A DNA stretch of 64,000 nucleotides from Hyphomicrobium sp. (GTDB lineage Bacteria; Pseudomonadota; Alphaproteobacteria; Rhizobiales; Hyphomicrobiaceae): contig JAKFUV010000013.1 in assembly GCA_021732485.1 (NCBI GenBank), forward strand, positions 75 through 64,074, in the 5' to 3' direction. A model generated the notes under the pieces. It was not told the origin of the DNA and ran no database searches. It saw only the letters and a program-made list of their open reading frames with translations. Below are positions 1 through 10,152 of this stretch, piece after piece. A program made the translations under genes and the position numbers. Each line of letters opens with the position of its first letter. Positions within the stretch are counted from its first letter, which is position 1.

Positions 1-7
1 AGAAGTT

Positions 8-83
8 TGGTGGACGCACTAGGGCTCGAACCTAGGACCCGCTGATTAAGAGTCACCTGCTCTACCAACTGAGCTAATCGCCC
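8..83 (-). tRNA. tRNA-Lys(CTT), 76 nt with encoded CCA; three stem mismatches
   Basis: Reverse complement GGGCGATTAGCTCAGTTGGTAGAGCAGGTGACTCTTAATCAGCGGGTCCTAGGTTCGAGCCCTAGTGCGTCCACCA; D arm, CTT anticodon loop, TTCGA T-loop and CCA end. Confidence 0.92.
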
Positions 84-315
84 GCCTAACGTCCTGCCCT
101 GACGCGTCGTTCGCGTGCGAGGGGCTGGCTTTGGTGACCAAAGGACGACAAAGGGGCCCGACGTGTGGGCCCCAGAGTTGTGGCGTTTAGCATCGCGTCC
201 AACCGCTGTCCAGCTTGTAATCGGCGGCGCTGGCAGCGCGATCGGCGCGCCGCGCCCACCGCGCGACGGGCAATCGAAAACGATCCGGCCGACATGCGAC
301 ATTGAAAAAATCGAG

Positions 316-1359
316 CTATGGCTTGATCAGCAGATGCTCGCGCTCAGCCAGTGACGCCAAGATCGCCGCCGATCCGGCGATGACGCAATTTTCCGGCATG
401 TCCGGCAGATGAAAGGCGATGCCGAGACGCCGCTCGAACTCTGGCGCCAGTTTCGCGAGCTTGGCGCCGCCGCCCGTCAGCCACACACCACGCTCACATA
501 CGTCGGCCGAGATTTCCGGCGGCAAATCTTCAATCGATTGCTGAATGAATTCTGCGATCGCTTCGACCGGATCCGCCAGCGCCGCCGCGACGTCGTGCGA
601 TCCGAGTGTCACGGTCTTTGGCTTGCCGTCGCGCAAGTCGCGACCGCGGATAAAAATCTCAGCCAATTCGCCGTTGATGTATTGCGACGCCGAGCCTGCT
701 TCGATCTTGATGCGCTCGGCGTTGGCTTCACCAATCACCAGCCGGTGCGTGCGCCGCACGTGGCGAATAATGGCGTTGTCCATGGCGTTGCCGCCACATC
801 GCAGCGAGCGCGCTTGCACCACGCCGCCGAGCGACAGCACCGCGATGTCGGTCGTGCCGCCGCCGATATCGACCACCATCGAACCGTTCGGGTCATCGAT
901 CGGTAGGCCGGCGCCGATGGCCGCTGCCACCGGTTCCTCGACCAGAAATACGCGTCGCGCTCCAGCGGACAAGGCGGTTTCGTAAACCGCGCGGCGCTCG
1001 ACAGGCGTTGCGCCCGCTGGCACGCAAATCAGGATGCGCGGCCGGATCAGGTCAAACTTGGTCTTGGCCTCGCGAATGAACTGGCGCAGCATTTCTTCGG
1101 TGGCGATGAAATCTGCGATCACGCCGTCGCGTAGCGGCCGGATCGTTTCGATATTTTCAGGCGTTCGCCCCAGCATCGATTTGGCTTTTTGCCCAACCGC
1201 GAGGACGTCTCGCGTGCCGCCGCGAGACCGAATGGCAACGACTGAGGGTTCGTTGATGATGACGCCGCGACCAGCGACGTGAACAAGCGTATTTGCTGTT
1301 CCAAGGTCGATCGCGATATCATCGGCCAGAACGCTTTTGATGCCGAATGGCAATTTCAC
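316..1359 (-). CDS. mreB: Rod shape-determining protein MreB (actin-like ATPase)
   Basis: IAIDLGTANT, NEPSVVA, RPLRDGVIADF, MVVDIGGGTTD and LTGGGA motifs. Confidence 0.93.
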   Translation of the reverse strand: MKLPFGIKSVLADDIAIDLGTANTLVHVAGRGVIINEPSVVAIRSRGGTRDVLAVGQKAKSMLGRTPENIETIRPLRDGVIADFIATEEMLRQFIREAKTKFDLIRPRILICVPAGATPVERRAVYETALSAGARRVFLVEEPVAAAIGAGLPIDDPNGSMVVDIGGGTTDIAVLSLGGVVQARSLRCGGNAMDNAIIRHVRRTHRLVIGEANAERIKIEAGSASQYINGELAEIFIRGRDLRDGKPKTVTLGSHDVAAALADPVEAIAEFIQQSIEDLPPEISADVCERGVWLTGGGAKLAKLAPEFERRLGIAFHLPDMPENCVIAGSAAILASLAEREHLLIKP

Positions 1360-1485
1360 AACGCGCGCAACGCCCCCTTATTCGCCCTACGGCGGCTGCT
1401 CCGCCGTGGGCCATCGTCATGCCGGCACATTCGTCAAGGCAACCCGTATCGCCGACGCATGGCAAGACAGGTACTTCGTTGTTCA

Positions 1486-3066
1486 TCAAACCGCGTGCTG
1501 TGCCTGCGCCAGCTTCTGGCGCTTGAGGACCAACTTGCTCAGCGCCGCAACATAGGCTCGGGCGGACGCCACCATTGTGTCGGGATCGGCCGAGCGGCCA
1601 GTCACGATGCGTCCCTCCTCTTCCAAACGTACCGACACTTCCGCTTGCGCGTCGGTTCCCTCGGTCACGGCATGCACCTGATAGAGGTCCAGCCGCGCCT
1701 CATGCGGCACCAGCATCTTGATGGCATTGAACGTGGCGTCGACAGGGCCATTGCCGGTGCTCTGCACCGTCTTCGACTGGCCCTCGATCTCGAGCGTCAG
1801 CGTGGCGGTTTGTGGCCCCATCGTACCGGCGATCACCGTCAGCGCGGTCACCTTGATGCGATCGTGCATGTGCGCGACGCCCTCGTCGACCAGTGCCTCA
1901 ATGTCTTCGTCGTACACGTGCTTTTTGCGGTCGGCCAATGTCTTGAATCGGTTGAAGGCGTCTTCCAGCGCATTGTCGCCGAGACTGTAGCCTAGGTCCT
2001 TTAGTTTCGCCTTGAACGCGGCGCGGCCCGAATGCTTGCCCATAACCAGCGATGACTTGCCGACGCCGACGCTTTCGGGCGTCATGATTTCGTAGGTTTC
2101 GACATGCTTCAGCACGCCGTCTTGATGGATGCCGCTCTCGTGCGCGAAGGCATTTCGACCGACGATCGCTTTGTTGTATTGCACGGGGAAATTGGTGACG
2201 GCTGAGACGAGCTTTGATGCCCGCGCCAGCATTTCGGATTTGACCCCGGTGCGATGCGGCAGCAAATCGTGCCGAGTCCTGATCGCCATCACCACTTCTT
2301 CCAGCGCGGCATTGCCGGCCCGTTCACCCAGACCATTGATCGTGCATTCGATCTGCCGGGCACCGGCGCGAATGCCGGCCAGCGAGTTGGCCACGGCCAA
2401 GCCGAGATCATCATGGCAATGCGTCGAGATGATCACCTTTTCCATGCCCGGCACGCGATTACGCAGCATCATGATGAGCGCGTAATACTCTTCCGGCAGC
2501 GCGTATCCGACGGTATCGGGAATGTTGATCGTGGTGGCGCCCGCCTTGATGGCCGATTCAACCACCCGGCACAGATAGTCGTGCTCGGTGCGCGTTGCAT
2601 CCATGGCGCTCCACTCGACATCGTCGGTGAAGTTGCGCGCACGCGTCACCGACGAGATGACACGCTCATGCACTTGGTCGGCCGTCAGTTGCAGCTGATG
2701 CTGACGGTGCAGCGGCGACGTGCCGATGAACGTGTGAATGCGCCCGCGCCGCGCCGCTTTGATGGCGTCGCCGGCCCGATCGATGTCGTTGACGCTGGCA
2801 CGCGCCAAAGCGCAGATCACCGAATGCTTGGCGATCTTCGCGATCTCCGCGACCGATTCAAAATCACCGTCGGATGCGATCGGAAAACCGGCTTCGATCA
2901 CATCGACGCCCATGTCATCGAGCAGTTCGGCGACTTGCAGCTTTTCTTCAAATGTCATCGTTGCGCCGGGGCATTGTTCGCCGTCGCGCAGCGTCGTGTC
3001 GAAAATGATGATCTGGTCGTCCGTTCGGGCAATTGGCGGAGTGCCACCAGGGGTCGTGTCGGTCAT
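1486..3066 (-). CDS. leuA: 2-isopropylmalate synthase
   Basis: IFDTTLRDGEQCPG, HCHDDLG, GERAGNA, FAHESGIHQDG; C-terminal regulatory domain GNGPVDA. Confidence 0.97.
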   Translation of the reverse strand: MTDTTPGGTPPIARTDDQIIIFDTTLRDGEQCPGATMTFEEKLQVAELLDDMGVDVIEAGFPIASDGDFESVAEIAKIAKHSVICALARASVNDIDRAGDAIKAARRGRIHTFIGTSPLHRQHQLQLTADQVHERVISSVTRARNFTDDVEWSAMDATRTEHDYLCRVVESAIKAGATTINIPDTVGYALPEEYYALIMMLRNRVPGMEKVIISTHCHDDLGLAVANSLAGIRAGARQIECTINGLGERAGNAALEEVVMAIRTRHDLLPHRTGVKSEMLARASKLVSAVTNFPVQYNKAIVGRNAFAHESGIHQDGVLKHVETYEIMTPESVGVGKSSLVMGKHSGRAAFKAKLKDLGYSLGDNALEDAFNRFKTLADRKKHVYDEDIEALVDEGVAHMHDRIKVTALTVIAGTMGPQTATLTLEIEGQSKTVQSTGNGPVDATFNAIKMLVPHEARLDLYQVHAVTEGTDAQAEVSVRLEEEGRIVTGRSADPDTMVASARAYVAALSKLVLKRQKLAQAQHAV

Positions 3067-3156
3067 AGGTTTTTGTCCTCACCGCGGGAACCGCCTCTCG
3101 GGTTCGCCGTCACGCATGCAATCGGTTCGAGCGTTTGATGTTTTCGTGTGCGCTAT

Positions 3157-3225
3157 CCCCTGAACCCTCCCGGCATCAAGCCGAGCAGCCGTGGCTCAGG
3201 GGCTGCTAAGCAAGCGCAGGAACAT
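3157..3225 (-). promoter_or_regulatory. leuA leader/attenuator: Leu-rich leader peptide MFLRLLSSP* (3196-3225) plus CCCCTGA...TCAGGGG helix
   Basis: - strand ATG TTC CTG CGC TTG CTT AGC AGC CCC TGA; CCCCTGA at the stop can pair with downstream TCAGGGG. Confidence 0.65.
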
Positions 3226-3455
3226 GTGGCTGCGGAGCTCGCCCGGTAAACGCGCGCACCGCCCGATGAAGGGAAGGCAGGCACACAGCTGTCGTCCACG
3301 GCACAGCATCTTTGTCCGGCGCAAGTTGCATTGGTTGTCCGGATTACGTCCGGATGGGCTGACAATAAGCCCAAACGCGCCGCGAAAAGCAAGAGAGCGG
3401 GCGCTGCACTGGCCACCCGGCCCAGCGCCACGTCAACCGATGACCCGGGATGCGC

Positions 3456-4367
3456 CTAAATCAGCAGCCGGCCCTCCGCGACCCGGACCGAATGGCCCCC
3501 GATCCGCACCGTCTCAAGCCGGCCGCGGGCAACCGTCATCGTCAGGCTGATGTGGCTCGGGCGCCCCATTTCCAGGCCCTGCTCGATGGCGCGCTTGTGG
3601 GTTCCGTCCGGCATGGCGTCGAATTCGTGCATCACCCGCGCAAAGCCGATCGCCGCCGACCCGGTCGCGGGATCTTCCGGGATCCCGATGTCCGGCGCCA
3701 GCATGCGCGCATGGAACGACGACTGCGCCCTGACGCACTGCCGGGTATAGAGATAAACACCATCAACCGAGCGATCGGTGAAGGCGCGGGCCCAATGCGT
3801 CGGCGCGATGCGAACTTTCGACATCGCTTCCAGATTGGCGATCGGCACGAAGGCATAGCGCGACGAGCCGTTGAGCAGCATCGGCTTGAAGTTTTCAAAC
3901 CCGATCTCGTTGGGGATCAGGCCGAGGGCACCAGCCACTTCCTCGATCTCCGACATCGTGCCGACGGTTTCGGGAAGCTTGGGCGCGTCGAACTCACAGA
4001 AGGCGGCTCCGCCCTGGCGCAACCTCACACCAACCCGCACACTGCCAATGTCCTCTTCGAGCGCAATGATCGCATCCTGCTCACCGTTGACGATCGGCGT
4101 TCTAAGTTCAGCCAAGAGCGCCGCTGTTCCGATCGTCGGGTGACCGGCGAACGGCAATTCGCGACCGGGCGTGAAAATACGGATGCGCGCCGTATGGCCT
4201 GGACTGACGGCATTCATAACGAACACAGTCTCAGACACGTTGAATTCACGGGCGATGGTCTGCATATCCGACGACGACACGGCGTCGGCGCCGAGCACGA
4301 CCGCCAACGGATTGCCGCCGAACGCGCGCTCGGTAAAGACATCGAGGATATGATAATCGAGCGGCAT
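3456..4367 (-). CDS. PhzF family isomerase/epimerase
   Basis: DVFTERAFGGNPLAVV, IFTPGRELPFAGHPTIG, EDPATGSA, IEQGLEMGRPS. Confidence 0.92.
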   Translation of the reverse strand: MPLDYHILDVFTERAFGGNPLAVVLGADAVSSSDMQTIAREFNVSETVFVMNAVSPGHTARIRIFTPGRELPFAGHPTIGTAALLAELRTPIVNGEQDAIIALEEDIGSVRVGVRLRQGGAAFCEFDAPKLPETVGTMSEIEEVAGALGLIPNEIGFENFKPMLLNGSSRYAFVPIANLEAMSKVRIAPTHWARAFTDRSVDGVYLYTRQCVRAQSSFHARMLAPDIGIPEDPATGSAAIGFARVMHEFDAMPDGTHKRAIEQGLEMGRPSHISLTMTVARGRLETVRIGGHSVRVAEGRLLI

Positions 4368-4500
4368 ATCGTTTTATCGCCCCTGAAACGCTGCGAAGAC
4401 CCGCTGCGACCCCAAATATTTCGCTCTCGTGGCGCGTCGTCGCGACCACGTTAAAGCGGCGGCACCATGCGGCAGAGCATTTAGCTCGCCAAGCAAATTC

Positions 4501-5292
4501 TCATTCCGGCGAGCCGTCGCAGCCGTCGAAAATATGATGCAGCAGCCGGCGGGCATACTCGGGCATGGCGAGATGCTGCAGATCTTGCACACGGCGGACG
4601 GCGATGGCGCTTTCGAGTTCGCCATCCGGATGAGCCGCAATGTAGCGGTTGATGTGCTCCAGTGTCTCAGCGGCCGGCATCGCTATCAGGTAGCCAACCG
4701 CGATCGACAGATGCGGGCCGGCGCGCGTCACCCAATAGCCTGGCAATACCTCAAGAGCATCACCATCCAATCCGGTTTCTTCCAGCACTTCGCGGTTGAC
4801 GCTGCCGCGCAGATCGACACGCCCATCGGCCGCCATATCGTCGCCATCGACGAACCCGCCCGGCAAATAATACAGCCCGCTGTTCACTTGGCCGGGTCGC
4901 TGGCGTACCAGAACCACGGCATCGTCAGCCGTTCGAATGAGAGCCGAGCCGAAGGCATCGATGATGCCCGCCGACGGAAAGCCACACGCCCGCCAGTACA
5001 GGTAAGCCTTAAAGTCGACCCGGATCATCTCGGCCGTGAGCGTGCCGCCATCGCAGCGTACCCAATGCGTCATGTGAACATTGCCGTTGAAATATCTCGG
5101 CGACTGACGCAAGGCCTCGGCCCAATGGGCGTCGATTGCGGCGGCTTGCGCCGTCGCATATGACCATGGCACTCCGGCAGCAACACGCACGTCAATAGCG
5201 CCGAAGCGATAGACCCCGTCGCGATCCAGCGGCGCGGCGCACCCCGTCGCACCCACATCGCCGCCGTCGGCCTGGTCTTTGGTTGTCATCAT
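4501..5292 (-). CDS. NUDIX hydrolase
   Basis: LPGGFVD...REVLEETGL Nudix box. Confidence 0.82.
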   Translation of the reverse strand: MMTTKDQADGGDVGATGCAAPLDRDGVYRFGAIDVRVAAGVPWSYATAQAAAIDAHWAEALRQSPRYFNGNVHMTHWVRCDGGTLTAEMIRVDFKAYLYWRACGFPSAGIIDAFGSALIRTADDAVVLVRQRPGQVNSGLYYLPGGFVDGDDMAADGRVDLRGSVNREVLEETGLDGDALEVLPGYWVTRAGPHLSIAVGYLIAMPAAETLEHINRYIAAHPDGELESAIAVRRVQDLQHLAMPEYARRLLHHIFDGCDGSPE

Positions 5293-5394
5293 TCAGCCTA
5301 CAACCCGCCACAGCTGTTGCGTGCAGCCGCGTCGATACGAAATGCTCACATCACTGATATTGCAATGAGTTAGCTTGCCGCAAATGGGGAGAAT

Positions 5395-5830
5395 AAATGG
5401 TGGCCTTACGATGCCCGCACTTTGGTCATCAGGTGGTCACGATCTCTGGCTTTTATCCGTTCGTCGACGTTGTCGCCGGGGGGCGACAGTCAAGGTCTCC
5501 CAGCACAGCTCAAGCCGGAGTTTTCGTCCGGTGTGACAATCGAGTTTCGGGGCTTCGAGGCGCGTCCAAATCCGTCTTGCTCAAGCTCCGCGAACAGTCC
5601 GAGTGCCTTGCGAACCGGCTCCAACGGCTTCGCGTCACTCAACGTCTCCGAGGATGCCGCGTTCGCGGCAGCATCGGGAACGGGCGGCGGAGGTCCCCGC
5701 TCCTCTGCCGCCCGTGTCGGCTCTGGTCTGAAGTATCGCCCGCGATACAAAAGATTGGGTTCCGACAGGACCGCTCGCGCTGCTGCACCGAAACCCTCCC
5801 CAAGAGAGCGGCAGCGCGAGTTCCCATTTC
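5395..5830 (-). ncRNA. Putative large structured non-coding RNA (~430 nt)
   Basis: No credible CDS; dense nested helices (CTCGCGCTGC/GCAGCGCGAG, TGTCGG/CCGACA, GTATCGC/GCGATAC, CGGGCGGCAGAGG/CCTCCGCCGCCCG, GGGAAC/GTTCCC, TGTCGCC/GGCGACA) and possible 5'/3' end pairing AAATGG/CCATTT. Confidence 0.65.
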
Positions 5831-5890
5831 CACGTTATTGTTACGGTTACGGTGCCTGAAAGTTTCGCGGGTCGTGCCCGAATGTGTCGA

Positions 5891-6160
5891 TTAAAGGCAG
5901 CCCGTGATTGTTGATCCACATTTGACGTAGTTGTTGAGCAGCTCCCACTGGCAGCAGGGCTCTTCTTTTTTGCATACCCAGACTTTGTGCAAGCCATCCG
6001 AAAACTTGTACTTGCAAAGTTTTTCACCCGACTGCACCGAACGTGTCGGCTTGGGCCAACCGGCACTCGACTGCGCTTCGCCGTCAGCTGCAAAAGCCAA
6101 CGTTGGCGCGACAGCCAGCGAGACCGTCAGCACGAACAGACCCAATGATCTGAGCAGCAT
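5891..6160 (-). CDS. Small secreted cysteine-rich protein
   Basis: GGAGG RBS; signal peptide ending AFA; six Cys in the C-terminal ~40 aa. Confidence 0.75.
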   Translation of the reverse strand: MLLRSLGLFVLTVSLAVAPTLAFAADGEAQSSAGWPKPTRSVQSGEKLCKYKFSDGLHKVWVCKKEEPCCQWELLNNYVKCGSTITGCL

Positions 6161-6319
6161 GTTTATCCTCCAGCAGAGATCAAAGTTGTCGGCGCGGCGG
6201 ACGCGTAAGTTGCAGCGCCGACTATGACTCCGACCCTTCGGTCTCCGCTAGGACATCCAAGCCTCACCCATCCGAAAAAAGATGAGCGCGATGCCGCCGG
6301 AGCATGACACGACGTCACA

Positions 6320-6796
6320 CTATTTCGTCAGCGCCTTCGGCCAATTCTGTTCGGACAGCTTGATGTAGCCCGGCCGATCGTTATTCCAGGTCTTCTGCAC
6401 GTCCTTGTCGTAGTTCAGGTACAGCTTGCCATCGACCACGGTCCAAGCCTGCGGATCGCCATGCACTGCGTAGCCCTGCGACACACCATAAGCGCAATAG
6501 CCGCCATACTTCGGAGCATAAGTGTCCGGAGCGGCCTTGAACGCTTCGAGATTTTCAGCCGACGAGAACTGCCACGTCGCGCCTTTCCAAGCATACGAAA
6601 ACTGCTTGGAGCCCGGCACGGCGGCGTTGGCTTTCTGGTATGCCACCGCGTCGTAACCGCCGACGGCGTTATTGCTGCCGAATTCCGATTTTCCCGATTG
6701 ATAAATATCGGGCAGCGTTTCCGCGTGCACGGCCACGGCACCTTGGATCGCCATGACTGCTCCGATCAGCGCATAAAACAACGAGGATTTTTTCAT
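6320..6796 (-). CDS. YHS-domain-associated secreted protein
   Basis: Signal peptide; GGYDAVAY, W-x-FSSAENL, YAPKYGGYCAYG, WTVVDGKLYLNY. Confidence 0.85.
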   Translation of the reverse strand: MKKSSLFYALIGAVMAIQGAVAVHAETLPDIYQSGKSEFGSNNAVGGYDAVAYQKANAAVPGSKQFSYAWKGATWQFSSAENLEAFKAAPDTYAPKYGGYCAYGVSQGYAVHGDPQAWTVVDGKLYLNYDKDVQKTWNNDRPGYIKLSEQNWPKALTK

Positions 6797-6861
6797 AACC
6801 CTGACATCCTTTTTCAATTGCGAGCCGACGCGTCCAGAGCGTTGAGCGTCGCTAAGAGACA

Positions 6862-6888
6862 GACGTTCCGCATCGCCATTCCGTTACA
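6862..6888 (-). promoter_or_regulatory. Possible ECF-sigma promoter (TGTAAC-N17-CGTC) for the YHS gene
   Basis: - strand TGTAAC ggaatggcgatgcggaa CGTC about 65 nt upstream of the start. Confidence 0.35.
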
Positions 6889-7049
6889 GGGCAACTGTGC
6901 CGGATCAAAGATTTTGGCGCGATTTTCCCGATCGAGCCGTCCACTTACGTCGCCGGCCGCAACGGTTTCCCGTCACGGCCGGCCAACTTTCAAGTCATGG
7001 CACCGAGCGTATCGCCCGGACGAGCTTTAGGCGCGCTTGAGAAAAAACC

Positions 7050-8141
<1,092 letters not shown>

Positions 8142-8389
8142 TCAATAGCGCAGCCGATTGGAGCGCAAATCACGCCGGAACCTACTCAGAACGCCTTGCC
8201 GTTTCAACGGCCGCTTCATTTTCAGCGAAGCTGGCGGCTTTTTGGCGCAAGCGCCGACGCCAGGCCGCGTCGCCCGAACGAGCCAGTTGTGCGAAACAAC
8301 AACCGTTAACCGCGTCCTAACTCTCTTGCGTGCACACTGGCCGTGATGATTTCCCTATCGCAGCCATTTCAGCCGAGGCCGTTCCACCC

Positions 8390-8869
8390 ATGCTGATCGC
8401 CCCCCCGATCCTGTTCGTTTTCACAATCGCTGCGGCCTTGGCGGGGTGTGGAGAAGCGCCCGAGGCTCCTGCCGCGAAGGCCGCGCCGGTGGTGAAGGCG
8501 ATCTTCATCTCGACCAACGACTGCATCGCAGCGAAGAAAATTCCACAAGCCGACTGCATCACCGCGATTGATCTGGCGTTGGCGACACACCAGCAAAAGG
8601 CCACGACGTACTCGTCCCTGCAACAGTGCACGAAAGTCGAGGGCGAAGACCGTTGCGATAAGACTGTCAGCGGCTACGGCCCTCGGATTCAGGCTTTCTA
8701 TGTCACGCTTACGACCCCACCGACAGCCGAGCCGCTCTATCCATTGACGCAGAAGGACACCATCGGCTTTCGCTCACCGACCCAAAAGATCGTCAACGCT
8801 CAGGATGACACACTGATCGTCTCGGCGTCGGCGCTATCGCTCGCCCACGACAACGCGCGCCTGCCGTAA
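8390..8869 (+). CDS. Lipoprotein, DUF1190-like
   Basis: Lipobox LAGC; Cys pattern DC...DC...Y-x-SL-x-x-C...G-x-x-RC as in DUF1190. Confidence 0.6.
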   Translation: MLIAPPILFVFTIAAALAGCGEAPEAPAAKAAPVVKAIFISTNDCIAAKKIPQADCITAIDLALATHQQKATTYSSLQQCTKVEGEDRCDKTVSGYGPRIQAFYVTLTTPPTAEPLYPLTQKDTIGFRSPTQKIVNAQDDTLIVSASALSLAHDNARLP

Positions 8870-8902
8870 GGTATCGAATGGCGATGGCTTGTGAGCCGGG
8901 TT

Positions 8903-9451
8903 CTAGAGCGTTGCCGATCCACGACCGATCGCCGCAATGCCGGTTCGTGAAACTTCGACCAATCCCAATTCGCCCATGATCTGAATGAAGGTCTCGATCT
9001 TCGACGGCTTGCCGGTGATCTCGAAAACGAAGTGTTCCGTCGACGTATCGACCACCTTGGCGCGGAAAATCTCAGCAAGCCGCAACGCCTCGATCCGCTT
9101 TTCGCCGCGCCCGCCAACCTTAACCAGCGCAAGTTCACGCTCGATCGATCCGCCCTCGTGCGTCAGATCGCGGACCCGATGCACCGGGATCAGCCGCTCC
9201 AACTGCAGCTTGATCTGCTGAATGACGTGCGGCGTGCCGCTGGTGATGACGGTGATGCGCGACAGATGCTTTTCGTGCTCGGTCTCGGTCACGGTCAAGC
9301 TGTCGATGTTATAGCCACGGCCCGAGAACAGGCCGATGACGCGGGCCAGCACGCCCGGCTCGTTGTCGACGATGATCGACAGCGTTCGCGATACGACCTC
9401 TTGGGCGCGCTGCGGGCTTGGATAATGCGACTGTTTGGAATGCTCGGCCAT
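8903..9451 (-). CDS. ilvH: Acetolactate synthase small (regulatory) subunit
   Basis: VDNEPGVLARVIGLFSGRGYNIDSL ACT domain; ERELALVKV. Confidence 0.96.
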   Translation of the reverse strand: MAEHSKQSHYPSPQRAQEVVSRTLSIIVDNEPGVLARVIGLFSGRGYNIDSLTVTETEHEKHLSRITVITSGTPHVIQQIKLQLERLIPVHRVRDLTHEGGSIERELALVKVGGRGEKRIEALRLAEIFRAKVVDTSTEHFVFEITGKPSKIETFIQIMGELGLVEVSRTGIAAIGRGSATL

Positions 9452-9468
9452 GAGGGGATCTCTTTGCG

Positions 9469-10143
9469 TCAGCGATAATTTTCGACCAGCATGTGGCCGG
9501 CATCATAATCGTCAATAGTCCAGGTTTCTTTAAGAGCCGCCGCACGCCACGCGACGAACGCCGGATGCGATAAAATCGTGTCGATGTAGGCCCGCGTCGC
9601 AGGCGTCACCGGCACCTGATAGGTGTCGAGCCGCGTCGCAATCGGCGCGTACATGGCATCGGCTGCCGAAAACGCGCCGCATAAATATGGCCCATCTGCC
9701 GCGAACTGACCCCGCGCTTCGGCCCAGATAGCCTCGATGCGCGCCACGTTCTGCGCCACCGCGTCGGTCAGTTCCGGCGTTGCATAGCGACCGCCGAGGT
9801 TCATCGGGCAGGCCTGCCGCAAGGCTGGAAAACCACCGTGCATTTCAGTCGCGATCGATCGGGCATGGGCGCGCGCCATGATATCGCGGGGCCATATGGC
9901 CTTGCCGGGATTGGCATCGGCCAGATACTCGATGATGGCGAGGCTTTCCCAAATCGTCTGCGCGCCGGTGATCAGCGCTGGCACTTTGCCCGACGGCGAT
10001 ACCGCCAGAACGCGGTCGCGGCTGTCTGGCATGCGCAGCGGAATAATGATTTCATCGAACGAAATATCGAAAGCGCGCAGCACCATCCAGGGACGCAGCG
10101 ACCACGACGAATAGAGCTTGTTGGCGATGACGAGTTTCAACAT
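9469..10143 (-). CDS. Glutathione S-transferase family protein
   Basis: NKLYSSWSLRPW, SPSGKVPAL, WESLAIIEYL, FSAADAMYAP. Confidence 0.92.
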   Translation of the reverse strand: MLKLVIANKLYSSWSLRPWMVLRAFDISFDEIIIPLRMPDSRDRVLAVSPSGKVPALITGAQTIWESLAIIEYLADANPGKAIWPRDIMARAHARSIATEMHGGFPALRQACPMNLGGRYATPELTDAVAQNVARIEAIWAEARGQFAADGPYLCGAFSAADAMYAPIATRLDTYQVPVTPATRAYIDTILSHPAFVAWRAAALKETWTIDDYDAGHMLVENYR

Positions 10144-10152
10144 GCCCGCTGC

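Noticed and set aside
5395-5470. tRNA/tmRNA 3' end suggested by ...GGCCACCA
   Set aside because: No TTCGA T-loop arm or tag reading frame precedes it.
5397-5894. ORFs 5397-5894(+), 5422-5859(+), 5490-5750(-) as proteins
   Set aside because: No recognisable motifs or RBS; composition is better explained by RNA secondary structure.
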